Shown: positions 28,750-39,113, numbered from the stretch's first letter. The stretch is 64,000 nt of DNA from an uncultured Verrucomicrobiae bacterium (GCA_963765205.1 CAVXVB010000009.1:1216001-1280000), one strand, 5' to 3'. A program made the numbers and translations. Notes: generated by a model not told the origin, from the sequence alone.

Positions 28750-28977
28750 ATGCCAACCAGCGACGACGAGACCAGCCGCCAGGCGCAAAAACTCCGCGCG
28801 CGCCAAAGACTGCTCGCGGCGCTGCTCGGCATTTGCGCCATGGGTTCGAGCGCGATGTATCTGGTCTTCCTGCGCTCGCTCGGCTGCGACGAGCTGACTT
28901 TGTTGATTCTGATGGAGTGGCTCGTGATGTTCTTCATCTATCTCATGGCCACGAGCCAGATGCGCCGGCGGCGTTGA
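28750..28977 (+). CDS. Small two-helix membrane protein
   Basis: Two hydrophobic segments with basic flanks, co-oriented 11 nt after the fucosidase stop. Confidence 0.5.
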   Translation: MPTSDDETSRQAQKLRARQRLLAALLGICAMGSSAMYLVFLRSLGCDELTLLILMEWLVMFFIYLMATSQMRRRR

Positions 28978-28997
28978 GGCGGCCGGTATTCGGGAAT

Positions 28998-29068
28998 CAG
29001 CCATCAGCAATTTGCCATGACCCTCAGTCGCTTCAGTCGCCTCTGCCGCCTGCCGCTCTCCGCTTGCC
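28998..29068. repeat. Degenerate 7-nt and 9-nt tandem units
   Basis: CAGCCAT CAGCAAT TTGCCAT; CTCAGTCGC TTCAGTCGC CTCTGCCGC. Confidence 0.45.
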
Positions 29069-29111
29069 TTTGGTTCGTTATTCAGGTTTCGTGAATTGAT
29101 TTTTTGCATTC

Positions 29112-30530
29112 ATGGAGCCTCTCGCCTTTCCTTTTCTGCGCGATACCTTCGTGCGCCAGCCACTGTTCCAGGACAAGACCTGGCGGCTGGCGCCCGCGGC
29201 GTGGCCGCTCACACCCGCGCAGTTCTCGGAACTCGAACGCATTGGCGAGGCCTGCCTGGCCTTCCTGCGCGCGCTAGAAATTCTTTATACCCGGTCCTGG
29301 CAGGGAAAAAATTTGCTCCGTAACCGTGAGCTGCTCGCCCCGTGGGTGGCGGGCTACCTCGACCGCGGCAAGCCCGAACGCCTCATCGCCCACCAGCGCC
29401 ACGCCGCCACGAAAAATAAATTTCCCGTTGTGCTGCGGCCCGACCTGCTGCTGACCGAGGAGGGGTTCGCCCTGACTGAAATTGACGCCGTGCCCGGCGG
29501 CCTCGGCCTCACCGCGTTCTTGAACCGGCTCTACGACCAGCCCGGCGCGGGCGTGCTGGGCGCGAACGATTTGCTGCTGGACGAATTTTACAACGCGCTC
29601 GCCGCCCTCGCGCCGAAAAAGCACGAGCCGTTCATCGCCATTGTGGTCAGCGACGAAGCCGCGACCTACCGCCCCGAGTTTACCTGGCTGGCGGCGCGCC
29701 TGCGCGAGCGCGGCCACCGCGTCCATGTGCTGCACCCGACGGAAATCATGCCGCTCGGCCCGACACTCTGCGCGCCGGTGGACGGAAATCCCGAGCAGAT
29801 TGACGTGCTCTACCGCTTTTTTGAATTGTTTGATCTCGAAAACGTGCGCACGGCCAACTTTATCATCGCTGCGGCCGAGGCGGGCGAAGTCGTTGTCACA
29901 CCACCAATGCGTGCGTTTCAGGAGGAGAAGCTGGCGCTGGCGCTGCTGCATCATCCGCAGCTGGAGGATTTCTGGCGTGAAAATCTGCCGCGCGGCTCTT
30001 GGCCCATTCTGAAAAAACTCGTACCTCACTCATGGGTAGTGGACCCCGTTGAACTGCCGCCCAACGCGGTGCTCGACGCCCCGTGGGTCGCGGGCAAACC
30101 CATCCACCGCTGGGAGCAACTGGCGGAGGCCTCGCAAAAGGAACGCAACCTCATCCTTAAAGCCAGCGGTTTCCATGAGACGGCCTGGGGCGCGCGGTCG
30201 GTCGTGCTGGGCAGCGACGTGCCGCGCGACGAGTGGCTCAATGCCCTGCGTCACGCCTGCGCCATGGCGCCGCACACACTTCATATATTGCAGGACTACA
30301 AGAAACCGATGCGGTTGAAACACGCGGTGTATGACGCGGAAGGCCGGGTTTACGAAATGGAAGGCCGCCTGCGCCTGTGCCCGTTTTACTTTGCGCATGG
30401 GGAGCATACGCGGCTCGGCGGCGCACTCGCCACCTTCTGCCCGGCCGACAAAAAAATCATCCACGGCATGAAGGACGCGGCAATGCTACCCTGTGCAGTG
30501 GTGGCAGCTGCTCCCGCGCTTGGAGTTTAG
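29112..30530 (+). CDS. Uncharacterised ATP-grasp-like (glutathionylspermidine synthase/circularly permuted type) ligase
   Basis: RPDLL...TEIDAVPGGLG, EEKL.LALL, ILKASG...WGARSVVLG, ILQDY. Confidence 0.6.
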   Translation: MEPLAFPFLRDTFVRQPLFQDKTWRLAPAAWPLTPAQFSELERIGEACLAFLRALEILYTRSWQGKNLLRNRELLAPWVAGYLDRGKPERLIAHQRHAATKNKFPVVLRPDLLLTEEGFALTEIDAVPGGLGLTAFLNRLYDQPGAGVLGANDLLLDEFYNALAALAPKKHEPFIAIVVSDEAATYRPEFTWLAARLRERGHRVHVLHPTEIMPLGPTLCAPVDGNPEQIDVLYRFFELFDLENVRTANFIIAAAEAGEVVVTPPMRAFQEEKLALALLHHPQLEDFWRENLPRGSWPILKKLVPHSWVVDPVELPPNAVLDAPWVAGKPIHRWEQLAEASQKERNLILKASGFHETAWGARSVVLGSDVPRDEWLNALRHACAMAPHTLHILQDYKKPMRLKHAVYDAEGRVYEMEGRLRLCPFYFAHGEHTRLGGALATFCPADKKIIHGMKDAAMLPCAVVAAAPALGV

Positions 30531-30582
30531 ATTGCCTGGCTTTCCAACTCACTCATTGGCCGCGGATGCTGAGCAAACGCGT

Positions 30583-31452
30583 TTAATGAACATTATCGGG
30601 ACTGGTTTGAGCCAAGCGGGCGAGTTCGGTGCGGGCGAAGCCGTATTCGTCGCAGTTGGTGCCTTCGAGCGCGGCGCTGGTGGCAATGAAGGGGCGCGCG
30701 CCAGCAGGGTCGTGGTTGATGAGGTGGAGTTCGCCGATGAAATAATTGGCCTGGCACTGGCGGTCGGTGGCGGTGTCGTTGGGCCCTTTTTGTGAGGCGG
30801 TGAGCAGGTCGGCTTCGGTCATTTTGCCAGTGAGGAAGAGCGCGAGTGCTTGAAGCCAGGCGTCCTTCCAGGTGGAGCTGGCGGCGGCGAGGTCGCCGGG
30901 GTCGCGCCCGAGGCGGCGGAGGAGGACGTTACGGTAGAGCTGCACAAAGGGCGCGGCGGCGGGTTGCAGGGAGATGAATTTGTCGTAGTCTTCCACTGCG
31001 CCAGGGAAGTCGTTCTGGTTCTGGCGGAGTTCGCCGCGGTAGCCGTAATAGGGGGCGAAGGCGGGCTGGAGCTGGATGGCTTTGGTGAAGTCGGCGGCGG
31101 CGGCGGGCAAGTCGCCTTTGTCCTGTTCGGCGAGGGCGCGGTTGCCGAAGGCGGGGCCGAAAGCGGGGTCGAGGACGGTGGCCTGGGTGGCATCGGCGAT
31201 GGCGCCGGGGAAATCGTTGCGGGCGAGTTTGACCATGCCGCGGTCGTTGAAATACTCCGCGGACGGGGTGGGCGCGAGGGCAATGGCCTGGTCGAGGTCG
31301 GCGAGCGCGCCGGTGAGATCGCCCTTGTTGTATTTATCCAGACCGGACTGGGCGTGGTCGGCGGCCTGCTTGGTTTTGTTGGCGCAGGCGCAGAGCAGCC
31401 CGGCGGCGAGCCAGGCGAAGGCGCGGAGGCTCCGGCGAAAAAAGGCAGGCAT
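30583..31452 (-). CDS. TPR lipoprotein, NlpI-like
   Basis: Lipobox LCAC, repeated A.AD..KAI.L.P TPR units, CQANYFIGE and EYGFARTEL tail. Confidence 0.8.
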   Translation of the reverse strand: MPAFFRRSLRAFAWLAAGLLCACANKTKQAADHAQSGLDKYNKGDLTGALADLDQAIALAPTPSAEYFNDRGMVKLARNDFPGAIADATQATVLDPAFGPAFGNRALAEQDKGDLPAAAADFTKAIQLQPAFAPYYGYRGELRQNQNDFPGAVEDYDKFISLQPAAAPFVQLYRNVLLRRLGRDPGDLAAASSTWKDAWLQALALFLTGKMTEADLLTASQKGPNDTATDRQCQANYFIGELHLINHDPAGARPFIATSAALEGTNCDEYGFARTELARLAQTSPDNVH

Positions 31453-31532
31453 GGGAGTGGCGGGCAAGGGGTTGAAAATAATTCGCGGGCGGGTGAAGGC
31501 GAGTCTTATCCTAATTTCCAAAGACTAATTTG

Positions 31533-31656
31533 ACCACGGATTGCACGGATGCAAGAACTTGAGCGACAATTTCGGCAAAAATCTCTTTTCCCAGTGGGAG
31601 GACAAGCAAAAACCTCCATCCCTTTGGTGATCTGTGCTATCCGTGAAATCCGTGGT
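31533..31656. repeat. Inverted repeat of 9-nt units (CACGGATTN type)
   Basis: ACCACGGATTGCACGGAT / ATCCGTGAAATCCGTGGT, 18-bp arms, 1 mismatch. Confidence 0.8.
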
Positions 31657-31743
31657 TTCAACTGCGGCTTTTGGGCTTACGGGCGGAGGGCGAGGTGGAG
31701 AACGAATTTGACGTTGGGGCGGAGTTGTTCAAGCCTTGGGAGA

Positions 31744-32622
31744 ATGGAACCGATGCCGGAGAATCCGCTTCCGCCCACGCCGCCGCCCGCCGCGCCGGGG
31801 CCGCTGGGCGCGCCGATGGCGCCACGCACCCCACCGATGTTGCCGGCGAAGAAAAAGACGTGGCTGCAAAAGCTGCTGGCACCGCTGGGGGCGGCGGGGG
31901 TGATGATCATGAAATTTCTGTCCACGTTCAAGGTGGCGATCTTCGCGATTTTAAAGTTTGGGTGGCCGTTCTTGAAAACGGGGGGGACGATGCTGATCTC
32001 GATGTGGGTTTACGCACAATTGTATGGCTGGTGGTTTGGCGTGGGATTTGTGATTTTGATTTTCGTGCATGAATGCGGGCACTTGCTGGTGGCGAAATAC
32101 TTCGGCCTGCGCGTGGGCGCGCCGATGTTCATTCCCTTCATGGGCGCCGTAATTCTGCTAAAGGAATCGCCGCGCAACGCGTGGGTGGAGGCGTGCGTAG
32201 GCATCGGCGGGCCCATGCTTGGCACGGTGGGCGCGGGGGCGTGCGAAATGATTTATTTGCTGACGGGAAACCCGATGTATCGCGCGCTGGCATGGACCGG
32301 ATTTTTCATCAACTTGTTCAACCTGGCGCCGGTCAGCCCGCTCGATGGTGGGCGCATTGTGACCGCGCTGTCGCCGTGGTTGTGGATCGTGGGCTATTTG
32401 ATGATGGTGGCTTACTTAATCTACCAACCGAGTTTGCTGCTGATTATTATCCTGCTCATGGGCCTGCGCCGGCTGTTTTCGCTGTTTCGCAGCAGAACCG
32501 CGGCGCAACAGCGCTACTTCGAGGTTGCCACCCCGCAGCGCTTTATCATGGCGGGGATGTATTTCGGGCTGATACTGGCGCTGCTGGTCGGGATGGATCT
32601 GACGTTTATGTCCGGGAATTGA
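31744..32622 (+). CDS. Site-2 protease family (M50) membrane metalloprotease
   Basis: HECGH and NLAPVSPLDGG motifs. Confidence 0.92.
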   Translation: MEPMPENPLPPTPPPAAPGPLGAPMAPRTPPMLPAKKKTWLQKLLAPLGAAGVMIMKFLSTFKVAIFAILKFGWPFLKTGGTMLISMWVYAQLYGWWFGVGFVILIFVHECGHLLVAKYFGLRVGAPMFIPFMGAVILLKESPRNAWVEACVGIGGPMLGTVGAGACEMIYLLTGNPMYRALAWTGFFINLFNLAPVSPLDGGRIVTALSPWLWIVGYLMMVAYLIYQPSLLLIIILLMGLRRLFSLFRSRTAAQQRYFEVATPQRFIMAGMYFGLILALLVGMDLTFMSGN

Positions 32623-33076
32623 AGCATTGCGAAATTCCTACTCTCGGCCAGCTAATAAATCCATGCGCGAACTGGGTGGCCTTTTCATCGGGCCACGGCC
32701 CGAGAAGTCCGCGCCTTAAAGGGAAAAATTTTCTCGCCAGCCGCCATTCTCGGCGCAAAGGCGGCGCTGAATCCAACCGCCGGGGTGCCGGAGCCTGCGT
32801 CTCCGCGCTTTTAATCGCGATTTTTCCCTCGTAAAGTTGGGCGAGAGGGAAGACCAAATCAAAATCGTCCCAATGGAGCTGGCCGTCTTCGACGACAAAG
32901 CGGGAAAAGTTCTCCTTTTTTAGATAACGGCGCAAATCGGGATGGCGGGACGCGCGCAGGAAAGGGCCAAAAGCCACCGTAGTAACCTTGCCGTCCGCGA
33001 ACTCCAGGCGCAGCTTGTGCGGGCCGGCCAGCGTGGCGCGGTCGAGCTGGATGACTGATGGGGCCGTGGCGTTCAT
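32606..33076 (-). CDS. DUF2442-domain protein (C-terminal tail after LYEGKI may be spurious)
   Basis: KLRLEFADG, F.VEDGQLHWDDFDL.F...LYEG; paired with DUF4160. Confidence 0.75.
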   Translation of the reverse strand: MNATAPSVIQLDRATLAGPHKLRLEFADGKVTTVAFGPFLRASRHPDLRRYLKKENFSRFVVEDGQLHWDDFDLVFPLAQLYEGKIAIKSAETQAPAPRRLDSAPPLRREWRLARKFFPLRRGLLGPWPDEKATQFAHGFISWPRVGISQCFNSRT

Positions 33077-33094
33077 TTTAGACGACGCAGAATC

Positions 33095-33379
33095 TTAACG
33101 GGGGGTGACGTGAAGATGGAAGACGAAAAAGTCGGCCCATTTTTCTGAAATTTCTCCAACCCGGCTTTCCACCAGCAAACGAAAATCGGCCAGATCCTTC
33201 GGCGCCAAAGGCAACATTCCGGCCACTGCGGCCAAACGGATTTCGACAATCTTGCCATTAATGAAAATCAACTCCGCCTTCGATTCCCGGCCGGCTTTGA
33301 ATCCGTGGACATGCACGGGCAAATGCTCGTTTGCATAAAAGAAAACTCTCAGCCCGAAATATTCGTAAAGCTTCGGCAT
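33095..33379 (-). CDS. DUF4160-domain protein
   Basis: MPKL...GLRVFFYANEHLPVHVH ... ISEKW.DFF. Confidence 0.85.
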   Translation of the reverse strand: MPKLYEYFGLRVFFYANEHLPVHVHGFKAGRESKAELIFINGKIVEIRLAAVAGMLPLAPKDLADFRLLVESRVGEISEKWADFFVFHLHVTPR

Positions 33380-33421
33380 GGCGGGTCTGGCCAGGAAGGT
33401 TCTGCCGTGGTTGTCGGGTGC

Positions 33422-34840
33422 TTATTCTTTGGGCCCGAGCATGTCTTCGGGGCGGACGAGGCGGTCGAAGGTGGCGGCGTCGAGGCCGCCGAGGGCGAGG
33501 GCGGCTTCCTTGAGCGTGGTGTGATGGTGGTGGGCGTGGTGCGCGATTTTGGCGGCCTGGTCGTAGCCGACGTGCGGGCTGAGGGCGGTGACGAGCATGA
33601 GCGAGCGTTCCATGTTTTGGTGGAGTTGCGCGATGTTCGGCTCTAGGCCGGCGATGCAATGGGTGGTGAAGCTGCGGCAGGAGTCGGCGAGCAGGCGCGT
33701 GCTGTGCAGGAAATTGTAAATCATCACGGGCTTGAAGACGTTCAGCTCGAAGTTGCCCTGCGTGCCGGCGAAGGCGATGGCGGCATCGTTGCCGAGAACT
33801 TGCACGCAGACCATGGTCAGCGCCTCGCATTGCGTGGGGTTGACCTTGCCGGGCATGATGGAGCTGCCGGGTTCGTTTTCGGGCAGGCTCAGCTCGCCGA
33901 GGCCGCAACGCGGGCCGGAACCCATCCAGCGGATGTCGTTGGCGATTTTCATGAGCGAGCAGGCGAGCGTGCGGGCCGCGCCGCTGGCGGCGACGACGGC
34001 ATCATGCGCAGCAAGCGCGGCGAATTTGTTTTCCGCTGAAACGAAGGGCAGTTTCGTTTCGCGGGCGATTTCGGCGCAGACGAGTTCGGCGAAGCGCGGG
34101 TGGGTGTTGAGGCCGGTGCCGACGGCGGTGCCCCCGATGGCTAGTTTACACAGGTCGGGCAGAACTTGGTCGAGGCGGCGCAGGTCGTCATCCAATTGGG
34201 CGACGTAGCCGGAGAATTCCTGGCCGAGGGTGATGGGCGTGGCGTCCATCAAATGGGTGCGGCCGGACTTGATGAGGTTGGCATACTGCTGGGCCTTGGC
34301 GGCGAGGGCCTCGCGCAACTCACTGACGGCGGGGCGCAGGCGGTGTTTCAAATCGAGCGCGGCGGCGACGTGCATCGCGGTGGGGAACGTGTCGTTCGAA
34401 GACTGTGACATGTTCACATGGTCGTTCGGGTGCACGGGCTTTTTCGAGCCGAGCAGACCGCCAGCCAGTTCGATGGCGCGGTTGGAGATGACCTCGTTGG
34501 CGTTCATATTCGACTGGGTGCCGCTGCCCGTCTGCCAAACGCTGAGGGGAAAATGGTCGTCTAATTCGCCGCGGATAACCTCGTCCGCGGCGGTGGTGAT
34601 GAATTTCGCGAGATCGAGCGGGAGCTTGCCGAGCTGCTGGTTGGCGAGCGCAGCAGCCTTTTTCAACGTGCCCATGGCGTGGACGACTTCGCGCGGCATG
34701 AGGTCGGCACCGATGGCGAAATAGATGAGGGAGCGGGCCGTCTGCGCGCCCCAATAGCGGTCGGCGGGCACGTCCATGGGGCCCATGCTGTCGGATTCGC
34801 GGCGGAGTTGGCCGGGTTTCGTGTTTGCAGGAATTTTCAT
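33422..34840 (-). CDS. fumC: Class II fumarate hydratase
   Basis: [15 protein letters not shown] signature, [22 protein letters not shown]. Confidence 0.97.
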   Translation of the reverse strand: MKIPANTKPGQLRRESDSMGPMDVPADRYWGAQTARSLIYFAIGADLMPREVVHAMGTLKKAAALANQQLGKLPLDLAKFITTAADEVIRGELDDHFPLSVWQTGSGTQSNMNANEVISNRAIELAGGLLGSKKPVHPNDHVNMSQSSNDTFPTAMHVAAALDLKHRLRPAVSELREALAAKAQQYANLIKSGRTHLMDATPITLGQEFSGYVAQLDDDLRRLDQVLPDLCKLAIGGTAVGTGLNTHPRFAELVCAEIARETKLPFVSAENKFAALAAHDAVVAASGAARTLACSLMKIANDIRWMGSGPRCGLGELSLPENEPGSSIMPGKVNPTQCEALTMVCVQVLGNDAAIAFAGTQGNFELNVFKPVMIYNFLHSTRLLADSCRSFTTHCIAGLEPNIAQLHQNMERSLMLVTALSPHVGYDQAAKIAHHAHHHHTTLKEAALALGGLDAATFDRLVRPEDMLGPKE

Positions 34841-34910
34841 GGGAAGGATGGGAAGAATGGGAGTAATGGGGTTGATAATGCGAAGAGGATACTTTTTCCA
34901 TCTTCCATTC
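34841..34910. repeat. Degenerate 9-nt (GGGAAGRAT) and 7-nt (TTCCATY) units upstream of fumC
   Basis: GGGAAGGAT GGGAAGAAT GGGAGTAAT; TTCCATC TTCCATT. Confidence 0.55.
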
Positions 34911-34915
34911 TTTAA

Positions 34916-35884
34916 TTATGGATGATAATTGAAGATTTCTTCCGGCGTGGCGGTGGCGGTGCCGAATTTGCCGACGACGACGCCGGCGGCGGTGTTGGCG
35001 AAGTGGGCGGCGTCGGCAAGGCTCACGCCCGCAGCGAGGGCGAGGGTGAGCGCGGCGATGACGGTGTCGCCCGCGCCGGTGACGTCGAAGACTTCGCGCG
35101 CGTAGGTTTTGATGATCTTGTATTTCTCCCCGGGGGCACGGAGCAACATGCCTTTTTCACCGAGGGTGATGACCAGGTATTTCGGCATGTATTTGTGGTC
35201 AATGCGTTCGACCACGGCGTCGAAAGACGGCATGGTGGAGGGCGGGAGATCGGGGGAATAGCCGACCATTTCGAGCGCTTCCTTCCAGTTGGGGGTGAGC
35301 AAATCGAGGCCGCGCACTTCGAGCGGGCGGCGCGGCTTGGGGTCGAGCGCGACGAAGACGCCTTTTTTCTGCGCGGCTTGGGCCAGATGGGTCAGGAGTT
35401 CGGTGCTGAGCGCGCCTTTGGCGTAATCGGAAAAGATGAGGGCGGCAGCGCCAGTTAGCTTTTTCTCGATCCAGCCGGGTGCCGCACCGGCCAGTGCGTA
35501 GTGGGTGGTCGAGGATTCGCGGTCGAGGCGGCAGAGTTGCTGGTGGCCGGCAATAATGCGCGTTTTGACGATGGTGGGAGTTTCCGGGCGCGCGAAGCGG
35601 GCGTCGAAGGAGACCTTGGCCTCGGCCAGCTTGGCGCGCAATTTTTCGCCGGCGGCGTCCTGGCCGATCCAGCCGCACAATTCGGCTTTGGCGCCGAAGG
35701 AAACGAGGTTCAGAGCCACATTGGCCGAGCCGCCCGCGACGTAGGTCTCGCGCTCGACGGCGACGACGGGGACGGGCGCTTCGGGCGAGAGGCGGTGGGC
35801 GTGGCCCCAAATATACTCGTCGAGCATTACGTCGCCGACGACCACGGCGCGCAGGGCTGGAAATTTGGCGAGGAGGGGGCGCAT
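34916..35884 (-). CDS. rfaE1: D-glycero-beta-D-manno-heptose-7-phosphate kinase (stand-alone RfaE/HldE kinase domain)
   Basis: GDVMLDEY, RLSPEAPVPVV, SDYAKG, DVTGAGDTV. Confidence 0.9.
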   Translation of the reverse strand: MRPLLAKFPALRAVVVGDVMLDEYIWGHAHRLSPEAPVPVVAVERETYVAGGSANVALNLVSFGAKAELCGWIGQDAAGEKLRAKLAEAKVSFDARFARPETPTIVKTRIIAGHQQLCRLDRESSTTHYALAGAAPGWIEKKLTGAAALIFSDYAKGALSTELLTHLAQAAQKKGVFVALDPKPRRPLEVRGLDLLTPNWKEALEMVGYSPDLPPSTMPSFDAVVERIDHKYMPKYLVITLGEKGMLLRAPGEKYKIIKTYAREVFDVTGAGDTVIAALTLALAAGVSLADAAHFANTAAGVVVGKFGTATATPEEIFNYHP

Positions 35885-35897
35885 GGGGGTGGGGGAG

Positions 35898-36118
35898 TTC
35901 TGAATTCTGAATGCTGAATTCTGAATGCAGAGTGCTGTTTTCAAATTTCAGATTTGTGATTTCAGATTGCCTGGAATTGCCGGAAGGGTGGCAGGAAAAC
36001 AACCGGAAATGAAAAAGAATATAAAGGATAATTCAGTTTGGAATGGAGTTTGTTCAGCAATCAGCATTCAGCAATCAGAAATCTGCTTCGGGCATTCAGA
36101 ATTCAGCACGCAGCATTC
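35898..36118. repeat. Inverted arrays of 7-nt units (TKCTGAA)
   Basis: TGCTGAATTCTGAATGC 35912-35928 is the exact reverse complement of 36092-36108; second array TTTCAGA inside. Confidence 0.8.
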
Positions 36119-36119
36119 T

Positions 36120-37298
36120 TCAGCGCAATTCCCAATTGTAGTCGTAATCCGAGAGCAGCCGGCAGCCGTCGTCGGTGATTTGGACGACGTCCTCGATGCG
36201 GCAGCCGCCGAGGCCGGGATAATACAGGCCCGGCTCAATGGTGATGATGGTGCCTTTGAGGAGGCGGCCGCCGGAGAGGTTGACGCGCGGCGGTTCGTGG
36301 ATGTCGAGGCCAAGGCCGTGGCCGGTGCCGTGGAAAAAGCCTTCGACGTGCGTGGGCTTGTACCGCGTTTCGTAGCCGAGCTTGGTGAAATATTTTTGCA
36401 CGGCCTGGTGGACTTTTTTGCCGGTGACGCCGGGGCGGAGTTTTTTGATCGCGATTTTTTGGGCGCGGCGCACGGCGTCCACCAACGCGCGCTGGGGTTC
36501 GCTGGCGCGGCCTTTGAGGAAGGTGCGCGTCATGTCGCCGAAGTAGCCGGATTCCATGACGCGCGGAAACACGTCCACGATGATCAAATCGCTGGCGCGC
36601 AAGGGGCCGGAGCCGCGGCAGTGCGGGTCGCAGGCCTGCTGGCCGCCAGCGACAATGGTGTTTTGCGCAACGGCGCCGTTTTCGAGGCAGGCGACATCCA
36701 CGAGAAAGCGCAGGGCTTCCGAGGTGAGGGACTTGCCTTCGAAGTAGAGTTCGCCGTTGCGCTTGGCGACGCTGCGGCGGAGGGCTTTTTCGGCCGCCCA
36801 GAGGCCGGCGGCACAGGCTTCACAACCTTCGCGCACGAGGGCGGCTTCTTCCTTGTTCTTGATGGCGCGTTCGGGGAAGAGCGGCCCGTCGCTGACTTCC
36901 ACGGGGATTTGCAGCGCGCGCAGTTTGGTCAGGAGGCCGGCGGGAAATTCCGGCGGCACGATGAAGCGGCGGACGCCGTATTCGCGCGCGAGGAGTTTGA
37001 CGATGTGCGCGATACCGGTATCGGGGCGGCGGAAAGTCTCGCGGGCTTTTTTCTGCCATTCGTCGAGGCGCAGGACGGTGTCGTAGCTGGATTCCTTGAG
37101 CGCGCGACCATATTCGAGCGGGTTCAGGACGGCGACGCGCTGGCCGCGTGGGCCAAAGGCGAGGTAGGCGTCGGGCGCGAAAAAGCGGCCGAAATAGTAT
37201 TGGTCGGCGTTGGTGTCGGACGCCGCGTAGAGCAGCGGGCAGGCGGGCGGCGTCCGCGGAGCGGGGCGGTGGGGGGCGGGTTTGCGCGCGCGGGCCAT
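36120..37298 (-). CDS. Xaa-Pro peptidase (M24 family)
   Basis: DVFPR...GYFGDMTRT, HGTGHGLGLDIHE, TIEPGLY, RIED. Confidence 0.93.
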   Translation of the reverse strand: MARARKPAPHRPAPRTPPACPLLYAASDTNADQYYFGRFFAPDAYLAFGPRGQRVAVLNPLEYGRALKESSYDTVLRLDEWQKKARETFRRPDTGIAHIVKLLAREYGVRRFIVPPEFPAGLLTKLRALQIPVEVSDGPLFPERAIKNKEEAALVREGCEACAAGLWAAEKALRRSVAKRNGELYFEGKSLTSEALRFLVDVACLENGAVAQNTIVAGGQQACDPHCRGSGPLRASDLIIVDVFPRVMESGYFGDMTRTFLKGRASEPQRALVDAVRRAQKIAIKKLRPGVTGKKVHQAVQKYFTKLGYETRYKPTHVEGFFHGTGHGLGLDIHEPPRVNLSGGRLLKGTIITIEPGLYYPGLGGCRIEDVVQITDDGCRLLSDYDYNWELR

Positions 37299-37581
37299 GG
37301 GCGGGTCGGGGAGGATTCGCGGGTTTGCGCCGAGCATGGCGGGCGCGGGCGGGCGGTGCAATACGGGAATGGCGGGGGTGGGTGAGCGCCTATCTAGCCT
37401 CGCGTCACCCGATCTCCAATCCCGGACAATCCTCAAAAAATAATCATGTTTAAGTCATTAAACAATAAATCGTTGCACAAGTCTCATAAAAAACCCCTCA
37501 AGTCGAGGCACGAAACGAGTATCATCTAGGGTGCGAAACACAACCCAACCGGCTTTATAAACATCAACACATCCGTCAAAA

Positions 37582-38208
37582 ATGCCAACTGCCAACGACC
37601 TTCGAACCCAAGTGCTAATTCCTGAGCAATGGATTCAAATAGATCCAGGTTATCCGCCTCAAGGTCACCCTCGACGCCGACGGGTTGCTGGTCAAGAAGA
37701 CTGGACGGTAATAGCACCACGCAAGCAAATAATAGACGAGGGTTTTATTGTCTATACCGTTCTAAACGACCCATATATTCTGACCATCGGCGAAGGGCTA
37801 GATGACCGCATGCCGCCATTGCCAAGGTCTTCGTGCAAGAAGCATACAAAGGCGTTTATTGTCGCCGTGGCTTGGTGCCTTTTTGAACCGCAAAACGGAA
37901 ATGAATACTGGTATCACCAATACCCATCAAAGACTGAGGCCAAACAAAAACAGGATCGACTTCACGGCGTCTATGGGAAGATGTATCTTCCTAACGAAGA
38001 TGGCGCTCCGACAACAAACGTTGAATTGTCCGTGGCTTCAATTTGGCTCTGGAATAAACTCAGGGAGGAGTTTAATCTAAACCCCAGTCCCGGATTGGCC
38101 GCGCAGATGGATTTGGTCATGCACGATGGCGATGTGCTGTCCGCTCTGCTTAAATTTTCGGAGTGGGCCGACGAGGCCAAAAGGCTGCTCAAAGGATATT
38201 ACAAATAA
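37582..38208 (+). CDS. Hypothetical protein in low-GC islet, possible degenerate GIY-YIG fold
   Basis: 208-aa ORF; FIVY...LTIGEG...R and EAK..Q pattern only. Confidence 0.55.
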   Translation: MPTANDLRTQVLIPEQWIQIDPGYPPQGHPRRRRVAGQEDWTVIAPRKQIIDEGFIVYTVLNDPYILTIGEGLDDRMPPLPRSSCKKHTKAFIVAVAWCLFEPQNGNEYWYHQYPSKTEAKQKQDRLHGVYGKMYLPNEDGAPTTNVELSVASIWLWNKLREEFNLNPSPGLAAQMDLVMHDGDVLSALLKFSEWADEAKRLLKGYYK

Positions 38209-38269
38209 AATCCTCGCACTGGTAGCTTAATTTTTCTATCCAATACTCTACTGTTAACCTCCTGCTCCC

Positions 38270-38650
38270 ATGCCAACGCCCATTGACTTATATGCCAAGA
38301 TCATCGGAAGAATGAATGCAGGCCAGTTGCTGAATGATTATAGAGAAGATGGCGGAGATGCAGTAAGGATTAGGATAATGTATGCACTCTGCGTGGCGAG
38401 CGAAAACGGCAATTTAAATATCGTAAATAGCCTATTAGGATTAGGAGTTCCATTCACCCCAAAAGAGTTAAACCAAGCTCTATGTGCAGCCTGCCTTTTT
38501 GGTCGAGCGGCTGTGATTCGTCGCCTTTTGGATGCAGAAGCAGAAGTTGCAGGACTAACTCTGAGTCATTTACTTGCATGTAAAGAACATTACCCAGAAC
38601 GCCCTTCTTTAGAGGCTGAATTGCTGAAAGAGACAATGAGGAAAAAATAG
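38270..38650 (+). CDS. Ankyrin-repeat-like protein
   Basis: ALCVASENGNLNIVNSLLGLG and ALCAACLFGRAAVIRRLLDAEA. Confidence 0.7.
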   Translation: MPTPIDLYAKIIGRMNAGQLLNDYREDGGDAVRIRIMYALCVASENGNLNIVNSLLGLGVPFTPKELNQALCAACLFGRAAVIRRLLDAEAEVAGLTLSHLLACKEHYPERPSLEAELLKETMRKK

Positions 38651-38658
38651 AAACCAAA

Positions 38659-39093
38659 ATGATGAAACTTTATTTCGCCTACGGCTCGAACCTTTTCCGG
38701 GAGCAAATGGATGAGCGATGCCCCGGCAATGAACGCCGGGGCCGGGCGATCCTGCGCGGATATTTTTGGTATATCACCTCGCGGACCTATGCGAGCATCA
38801 GGAAATCCAAGCCGGATTATGTCGAGGGTTTTCTTTACCGGATTACCGATGAGAACGAGGAAGCATTGGATGAATTTGAGGGGGTCGAACGTGGGTTGTA
38901 TGTGAAGGATTATATCCCCGTGGAGCACAATGGGGAAATTATACCGGGGGTGCTGGTTTATATTGACCCGGAGACCAGAACAGGCAGACCGCAACAATGG
39001 TATATTGACGCAATCAACCGGGGGATTGTGGACGCGGAATTCTCGCCGGAATATGTCACGCGTTACATCAGGCCGTTTATTCCTGAAGAATAA
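38659..39093 (+). CDS. Gamma-glutamylcyclotransferase (AIG2-like) family protein
   Basis: YFAYGSNL...QM..RCP, VEG.LY, LDEFEG. Confidence 0.9.
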   Translation: MMKLYFAYGSNLFREQMDERCPGNERRGRAILRGYFWYITSRTYASIRKSKPDYVEGFLYRITDENEEALDEFEGVERGLYVKDYIPVEHNGEIIPGVLVYIDPETRTGRPQQWYIDAINRGIVDAEFSPEYVTRYIRPFIPEE

Positions 39094-39113
39094 TACTCTT
39101 TCTCAATCGTTTG

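Noticed and set aside
37500..37530. GGCACG as a sigma54 promoter
   Set aside because: No TTGC at the -12 position
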